From Trichoplax adhaerens (Eukaryota; Animalia; Placozoa): a stretch of DNA of 64,000 bases. The notes below the pieces were generated by a model. It saw only the letters and a program-made list of their open reading frames with translations. It did not search any database and had not been told where the DNA came from. Positions 56,181-64,000 of this stretch are shown here, piece after piece. The DNA lies in assembly GCF_000150275.1 (NCBI RefSeq), contig NW_002060950.1, forward strand, positions 1,290,106 to 1,354,105, read 5' to 3'. The translations under genes were made by a program, and so were the position numbers. Every line of letters starts with the position of its first letter. The stretch's first letter is position 1.

Positions 56181-56807
56181 TGTTTCAGTGTTAAATACTG
56201 TATTACAGTAGAAATAACTATGTTAGGATAATTCTGTTAGACTATCCTTATTTAGTTAACTTATAATTTGGATATACTGTATTTTAATATAGCACTGACT
56301 TTTTATGACAGTGACACTTATACACATACTGAAATTAATAGTTATAATAAGGAATGCAAATCATCTACTTACAGTTCCAATTATTGTGATTGTAATTTAC
56401 TTATGGTAGACTGTAAATTATCATGGAAATGTTCCGTGAAAGGACATATCGTAATCTGACTATTCTGTATTAGTCATTACATGTCTATGTTCATAAATAC
56501 TGCTGTCTGCATTAAGGGAGCAGTAGCTAAAATTAATATCTAATTCAGTAAATGATTCCAATGTTAATTGTATTAACTATGACTCATGAACTATTGAGTA
56601 GTATATAAATGCAGTATATCGTGAAATAAAGTGAATTCTCCAACTTAGTGTTTAACGTAAAATACGAGGCGTTTAAGTCTTTGTGTAGTCTGCTAGTAGA
56701 GCAAAAGTATTTGTGATAGTGCAGATATCGTTCCTTGATACGTGGTTCAAGGAATTGACTTATTGATCGTATATTGCGTTATCTTGTTGTAAAGCTGTTT
56801 TGTGACA
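56181..56807 (+). mobile_element. Solo-LTR-like element family A, copy 3 (627 bp), TSD CTCGC
   Basis: TGTTTC...GTGACA flanked by CTCGC; direct repeat of copy 2. Confidence 0.88.
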
Positions 56808-56854
56808 CTCGCATATTCAACGATTCATATTAGCGTAAATTAGTTCTAGATTAG

Positions 56855-57297
56855 TGTCACAAACCAGCTTCGTGACAAGGATAACGTAAACCAAATCTCT
56901 AAATTACTATAGTCTTCCGGAATTCAGTATCCCTTAACTACCTCACAACAATTTAGACGCCTTTGATTCTACGTTAAACTCAACTAGACAATTGAGAATT
57001 GCTTTATTCAACTATCTGACGGGCTTATATACCCTTCTACAGCAGCTAACATCCACAAGTCATCTTATAAAAATACTTAAGTGAGAACATCTACTAACTA
57101 GTTTTTCACAGTCGGACTACAATATGTCCATTCACAGAATCATTTCAATACACATTACAGCACAGCAATAAATTTACTGTAACACATTTATAATTAGAGT
57201 AATTCCTATTGTAAGTAAGTAGTTGTAATATAATATCACTATATTATATTAACCAAATTTAGATATCTATTTCTTCACGGTAGTTCGTACCGTAATA
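56855..57297 (-). mobile_element. Solo-LTR-like element family B (443 bp), TSD ATTAG
   Basis: TGTCAC...GTAATA (decayed terminus) flanked by ATTAG. Homologous copies at 63901 and 20131. Shares the TATA/AATAAA/3' region with family A. Confidence 0.8.
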
Positions 57298-57968
57298 ATT
57301 AGGAAATTTATTAAGTTTTTACAATCTTCAGCAATAATTCACGCTAATTTCAGGTGATTTGTTAATGTGTAAGAGTATTCCCCAACCGTAGACTACTCAA
57401 TTACGAATATGCTGTTTAATTAATCTTCATAGTTAGCACATATTGAATTAGTAATTTCAAATGTAGAAATAGATATTAAGATGTAATTAGTAATTAAATT
57501 AATGTAACGTGAAGAGGGTTTTGAATTGGATGGATAAGAACTACAGTAACTATTAGGTATCAATTGCGAATACTATTAACTTACGCAACGCCAATACTTC
57601 CCTATTCCAGTAATTTACTAACAATTAAAATAAATTAAAATTTCATTTATAGATAATAATAGTTCGCATAATTAGGCTAAAATTTCAGCTCGTATTATTC
57701 TTAAAGGCCTTCATTATTTTCAATGCGTAATTAATCATTATTCATAATGAACCATCTATATCCTATTTCAGATTCGAATATATCTTGCTTAAAGCAAAGA
57801 CATAGAAATACGCATAAAATTCCCATTTGCATTAAAAGGAGAAAATTTAATTTTGTTGGATTCCTCCCTTCCACTACTTTCCATATCGCCTACGAATGAT
57901 AACTTAACACTTTTGGATGGTATTAGTTGATGGAATTTCCATATGATAATTTGATGGACTCTGAGTAT

Positions 57969-59137
57969 TTAAAAATTGCTGGTACTCACATCGGTCATTC
58001 CATCACGAACATCGACTCAATTTTGTCGATCCACTACTGGTGCAGATTTAGTCAGATGCTGTACTAAGGCCACAACAACAGCATATTTCGGCATGCGCTT
58101 CCCTAAATTGACGATAAATGACGGCATAGAGAAAAGGATTGATTGCACTGTTTAAATTATGAAGGTAACCAACCATAAAGATAACCTGATGCGAAACGTG
58201 AAACCCAGCCGGTATGATAGTAAATACAACAATACCATAAGGTAAATAGCATATGAGAAAGATAACAGACCGAAATCATAGCTCTGGTAATTTTAATTTC
58301 TCTCCTTGCTAAGGTATTTTCAATCAGCCTTGCTAGTACTTATCGATTTTATTTACTTTTAGCATTACGGCCATGTTTATGCATCATCTCAGGAGTGCTT
58401 GCTACCGAGTTATTGACTGAAATACCTATTGTGTTGTTGAGATGCTCGCTATGAAATCGATTAAGTATTCTTTTAGCATTTCGAGCAATAACAATGTAGA
58501 TGACGACGTAACATAATCCAAGTAATATAAACGGAATAATTGTGTCGACAATTAAGGCGAACAAGACATAACTTGCACCGCTAACGGATAACCAATCAAG
58601 TAAGCAAGAAAATTTCAGTGGCTGAAAAATATGAAGATTCCAGCCTAAAATTGGCATTAGACAGATGAAAATACTATAAATCCATACGCAGCCAATAATA
58701 ATTAAAACCACTTTCCTAGTAATCACCTTCCCATATGAATGGACAATAACTAAATAGCGACAAATTGCAATACCTAACAAAGTATATATGGTTATCACAT
58801 AACATATACTTTGCATGAATCCGCTAAAGCGTCATAACGATTCACCTAATAACCAACCATTGTTGAACCAGTTCATGCTATTACAAGAATTCTTAAATAA
58901 TCCATTTAATACATCAGTAATAAGTAAATTAAGGATGAAAAGATTACTAGGAATGAGTAAAAGCTCATGATGCTTATGAAAAACGTAGAAGACAACACAG
59001 TTACCAATAACAGTAGCAATTACTAATATTAGGTAGGCCAAGCCACGAAAGAGTAAAGTTGTAGATGAAAAGTTCATAACGGTTGCATTACTATGATCAT
59101 CAAGGCTAGATCCACGTACTGATACTAGAATACTCAT
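57969..59137 (-). pseudogene. Pseudogenised paralogue of the adjacent GPCR (62271-63395)
   Basis: Collinear with the neighbour down to DGMTDVSTSNF*. Lesions: TGA at the conserved TM3 Cys (58832-58834), two in-frame TAA in ICL3 (~58340-58351), a 1-bp deletion in TM6 (GTC TAT GTT ATC to GTC TGTT ATC, ~58266), and further stops/deletion in the C-tail. Confidence 0.92.
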
Positions 59138-62100
59138 TCTTTGATTTAAATCTCAATTTGAACCAGCTTAACCGGAATCCGTGAGATGATATTAGAAGGA
59201 TTAAGAAATACGGAAAAGCTTATAATAAACAGTGACTGCAATACTTTATCGAAATGATATGTAGTTATAAATAATTTTTAAAGCAGCTTCAAATTAACTT
59301 AAGATTATGATTACCAGGTATATAGCCCTTGGTAGTTATCAGGCGAACCCGGCCTACTATATGTAGTAAAGTAAGTTTACTAAAAACTTTGATTCTTGAT
59401 CTTTCATCGGAAGACCCTTTAATCAAAACTTAATCTGTATGTATATTCAATAATTCAATAAGTATTTATAGGAGCTCTAAAATGATTAATAGAATCATTA
59501 ATAGCCGTTATGCTTGATATACTGGTATTTGAAATGTGGAATTCGTTTATTCAATCTACTATGTAACATTTTCTGCAAGGATACCGTAGTTTAATACATA
59601 TCGGTACAAGTATGTATCTATTTTGAGTTCTACTCCGATAACATTTTTAGATTTCTTCACAAATTCAACCGAAATAAAAATATTTCTATAAATCGGCTAT
59701 GCTGTAATTTTACTTGATTTAGAAAGCTTGAATCTACGAGTATTAATTTTGCCGCAAAGTTATTTTCTGTAAATCTTTCAATTTCCTTTTTATCTGGCGA
59801 GGAAAACTACGTTTTGGAATTACAGTATGAATCTATAGCAGTAATGACAGGAAAAAGTAATTTCATAAATTGTCGATCGTCGCTCAGTTATCTAGCTGAA
59901 AAATGGCTATATTATCTTTTAAAGAATGATGAAAGGAATATAAAATTAAAAACTTTTTATTACCACATTGCATTGATATACTGCTAATTACTGAGTATTA
60001 GTCTACTACATTGAAATTACTGCCGGTAGTGCGGTAATTAGCGTCGACTTTTTAGCACTTTGATCAGCTTAAACAAGATCAATATTGTTGTGTATATAAA
60101 TATATTAAATTCTTAACATAACAAATCTGGCGATCGTTTCACTCAGATTCATGATGATAGTTTACTCTAGTGCTTATGATCCTGTAAACTTTCGATTTTT
60201 CAGATTAAAATGTTATTAAAATTTGCTAAGCCATAGCGATAATGGGACAAAAATTTAACCTCCTTTTATCATTTTACCGTATGTAAACTCTTTAAATTAA
60301 CCATAACTTGATTGCGATCATATATTTACACTACTATATAATCTTGAAATTAAGTGATGTTGAAGCACTTTTAGAACAATGAAGTATTAAATTAAAAAAG
60401 CTTATAATATTATAATCAAGAAATTTAATTCGAAGTGAGAGGAAATATTGATATTTTATTAGTCTTACTTGCAGTTGATTTTCAACTTGATATTAAGGTG
60501 GAATGTTCAATTAAATCTGTTCCTGTTATCATTACATAGGAATAACAAATTTTTTACTCAGATGTCTTAAATGATAGAAAGGAAAATGCTGGTTAAAAAA
60601 ACTTTTAGAATAGAAAGCTAAAGCTTTGTAATGACTATAATATTTGATTGTAAGAGGGAACAGATGTCACATTGTTGGTAAAATAATAACTTTGATTAAG
60701 CCGATGACGAAGATAATGATTGATTTCGTGATTTATGTAGAATTAGCGATTTTAGCTGATGGTATTATATCTATTGACTAGATGGAAATAAATTGAATAA
60801 AAAGGTAAAATACTTATGGCAATTAAATGTACTATTGTAGTGATGAATACTTTTTGGTAAAAAATTTTAATAACAAATACAAGATAGCATACCCTGTTAT
60901 AGGTGAAATCGTGCAGACCATAACACTGTTTGACCATAACAAATATCCTCATGGTAAACTTAATATTCAGACAAGATTTACAAAACATTTTCTTGCTATG
61001 ATTAATACACAATAACGTTTTCTTTTCGTAAATTCTTTGTCATTTATATCAACGAATCATGAAATCTACATAACATTGAATTAATAATATGATAATTTGT
61101 CTAAAATCAGATCGTATGAAAGGTTACAAGGGAAATGTCCAACTATTTAAATCAGAAAATGTCTAATATTATATAGGAAATATGCGTAAACAAGATCAAT
61201 AATATTATATATAGATGATCTTTCATCATAATAATATTACGAAAGTAGAAATTTGGGAAGAAATACTGCAATTGTGTTTAGTATTATATCTACTCTTGGA
61301 TGATAAAATTATTTCAACGTATTTCGAAAGTGATATTTGCTGTCTTTTTAAACCTAAAATAAGACAATATTCATTCTATAAATCAGTGGATAATCTAACG
61401 CAATCTGAAGTTGGGTGTTTCAATTCTATTGCCTGAAATAAAAGGAAAGAACAGCTAATTTACTGCAGAAGTGTGCTATTGAGATATGTGATTTAATTAG
61501 CCATGAATAACAAAATTTGAACTAGTTAATCAAGTTTCCATTTTCTTAAGCAGTAACTCATGCTAATTACGAGTGCGTTGTTAATATTTATTCGTATTCC
61601 TCTATCAAAGCCTACCTAGGTACTAAATATTTGGTGGTGATTGTAGTAGAGGCCACATTAATATTCCATATTACTTAGCACGTATTGAATTAATAATTTC
61701 AAGTGTGATAGAAAAGGTATCAAGAAGTCTTTGGTAATTAGATTAACACAAGGTAAAGAGAATTTTAAATGGATTGATAGGAGCTACAGTAACTACAATG
61801 CAGCAATTGCTAATATTGCAGATTACTCAACACCATTGCTCTGCTATTCCATTAATTCACGGATAATTAAAATGAACAAAAATTTCACCTAGATCATGGC
61901 TAGTATATTTCCAGTCTCATGATACTTTGCGTATTTGTTTACTAAGTAGAACAGTTAACTATATTGCTGCTGTACGCTGTACAATCTATGCTAAATAATA
62001 ATAAGGTTCATTAGACAATAACAAAGAAGCAGCCATGAAACTCTAAACTAAATTAAATGGAGAAAATTTTAATTTCTTTAAATTGCTTCCTAGCGCGCAT

Positions 62101-62270
62101 CGCCTGAGAATACTAACTTAACAATTTGCATGTTATCATGAGTTTAGAACATTATTTCAATAGAAGATACTCGTCTATGAAATTCCATAAACACCCTCAA
62201 GTATATTTCGAGTTACAATACATCATGATGAACGTGGCTATAGAATTCGACCGCTAGTCATCCTTAGTAC

Positions 62271-63395
62271 TCAAAGATTACTGGTGCTAGCATCGGTCAT
62301 TCCATCACGAAGAACATCGACTCGATTTTTTCGATCTATTATTGGCGTAGAATTAAGAAGATGTCGATGCCGACTTCGACTAGTGGGAAACTTTACAGAC
62401 ACTGCACTAAGGCCACAACAACAGAACAGTTCGATATACGCTTTCCTAAATTGGCGATAAATGACTCCATAGAAAAATGGATTGATCGCACTGTTTACAT
62501 TAACAAGGTACCCAACCATAAAAATAATATTATGTGAAACGTTGCCACCAGCTGGTGCGATAATAAATATAGTAAGAGCGTAAGGCAAATAACATGCAAG
62601 GAAGATAACATAGACTGAAAACATGGCTCTTGTAATTTTAACTTCTTTTCTTCCTAAAGTATTCCCATTTGACCATTTTGCTCGTGCTTGTCGATTTCGA
62701 TCATTTTCAGGGGTGTTTGCTACTGAGTAATCGACTGAATTGCCTATTGAAGGAATAACGTTGTTGGAATGCTCGATATGGAATCGATTAGCCATTCTTT
62801 TAGCATTTCGAGCAATAACGATATAGATGACGATGTAACATAATCCAATTAATATCGACGGAATAATTGTGTCGGCAATTAAAGCGAACATGACATAACT
62901 TGCACCGCTAACGGATAACCAATCAGGTAAGCAAGAAAATTCCAGTGGCTGAAAAATGTAACGATTCCAACCAAAAATTGGCATTAGAGAATCCAAAATA
63001 CTATAAATCCATATGCAACCAATAATAATTAAAACTACTTTCCTCGTAATCACCTTTCCATACGAATGGACGATAACCAAGTAACGACAAATTCCAGTAG
63101 CCAACAAAGTAAATATGGTTACTACATAGCAAATAGTTTGCATAAATCCATTAAAGCGGCATAACGGCTCACCAAATGTCCAGCCATTATTCAGCCAGCT
63201 CACGCCATTAAAAGTATCCCTAAATAGTCCATTTAACAAATCGATAATAGCCAAATTAAGGATAAAAAGATTGCTAGGAATGCGTAAAAGGGAACGATGC
63301 TTATGAAAAACATAGAGGACAATGCAGTTACTAATAACCGTAGCAATTGCTAATATTATATATGCCAAGCCACGAGCCAGTAAAATTGCAGGTGA
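62271..63395 (-). CDS. Rhodopsin-class (opsin-like) GPCR, 5'-incomplete (runs into assembly gap)
   Basis: Frame stays open to the N-gap (SPAILLARGLAY...); the ORF-track start is a TTG. NLAIID, CRY, GWNRY..CLPDW, CYLPY, NPFFY. Confidence 0.92.
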   Translation of the reverse strand, partial: SPAILLARGLAYIILAIATVISNCIVLYVFHKHRSLLRIPSNLFILNLAIIDLLNGLFRDTFNGVSWLNNGWTFGEPLCRFNGFMQTICYVVTIFTLLATGICRYLVIVHSYGKVITRKVVLIIIGCIWIYSILDSLMPIFGWNRYIFQPLEFSCLPDWLSVSGASYVMFALIADTIIPSILIGLCYIVIYIVIARNAKRMANRFHIEHSNNVIPSIGNSVDYSVANTPENDRNRQARAKWSNGNTLGRKEVKITRAMFSVYVIFLACYLPYALTIFIIAPAGGNVSHNIIFMVGYLVNVNSAINPFFYGVIYRQFRKAYIELFCCCGLSAVSVKFPTSRSRHRHLLNSTPIIDRKNRVDVLRDGMTDASTSNL

Positions 63396-63445
63396 NNNNN
63401 NNNNNNNNNNNNNNNNNNNNNNNNNNNNNNNNNNNNNNNNNNNNN
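63396..63445. other. Assembly gap (50 N)
   Basis: Run of N. Confidence 1.
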
Positions 63446-63900
63446 GTAGCTGTAACTATAGACTGTAGTGGTAGAGACTCTATGCTAGAGTACAGATGAC
63501 TATATACAGTAAGCTGTTGAGTTACTAATATGGCTATAGGTAAAAATAGAACTGTAAATCATATATTAGGATATGGTTAATTCATTGTACTTTGGCTGGT
63601 GTGAATAATGTCTACGTAAGTACTGTAGTCGTATCCATATTAGATTAATGATGGTCCGCAGTAGAATAGTCTTACTAAGAATAATTTAACTATGTGTAAA
63701 ATAAGGTAAAAGGTTGCCATGCGGATTGTAGCTGCGAATGCTACGAAAAGTATAAAAGCATGCAACTTTAGATTATTCTGTTAGTTCGTTGTAGAAGTCT
63801 TTAGTAGTAGTATTCGGCTAGAGTAGAGCTGTGTAGTTAATCTTTGTATAAGATTCAATAAAGCCCTTATTTTTCTAAAATTTGGAATTTCGTGATTGGT

Positions 63901-64000
63901 TGTCACGGTACGAACTACAGTGAAGAAATAGCTATCTAAATTTGGTTAATATAGTATAGTGATATTATATTACAACTAGTTACTTACAATAGGAATTACT
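63901..64000 (+). mobile_element. Family B element, 5' end (truncated by window edge)
   Basis: Starts TGTCACGGTACGAAC and matches the reverse complement of ~57198-57297. Confidence 0.8.

Noticed and set aside
47755-56807. Full-length LTR retrotransposon that captured a GPCR
   Set aside because: Each repeat has its own distinct TSD on both sides and no gag/pol is visible, so these are independent insertions.
58832-58834. Selenocysteine recoding of the TGA at the conserved TM3 Cys
   Set aside because: The same gene also has TAA stops and a frameshift; ordinary pseudogenisation explains it.
23620-63395. Calling the GPCRs canonical opsins
   Set aside because: All have Asn at the K296 position.

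Overview
AT-rich eukaryotic (animal) genomic DNA with short GT-AG introns and three 50-N scaffold gaps. The compact introns, low GC and expansion of intronless opsin-like receptors lacking the retinal lysine suggest a placozoan such as Trichoplax; this is an inference, not shown by the sequence. Three enzyme genes can be spliced by hand into open frames: an 11-exon ribose-5-phosphate isomerase A, a 2-exon retinol-dehydrogenase-like SDR with a degenerate cofactor motif, and a 6-exon CerS1-type ceramide synthase. There is also a cluster of five paralogous single-exon rhodopsin-class GPCRs: three complete, one running into a gap and one pseudogene. All have Asn instead of Lys at bovine-rhodopsin position 296 and a basic residue at position 90. 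One member (38354-39433) combines Lys90 with Asp113, the counterion position, which resembles a natural relocated Schiff-base site and is the most interesting lead. The cluster contains two related families of TG...CA solo-LTR-like elements with 5-bp target-site duplications, one sitting in sense orientation just upstream of the Lys90 receptor. Several tandem repeats, a bZIP-site cluster and possible decayed ORFs are also noted.
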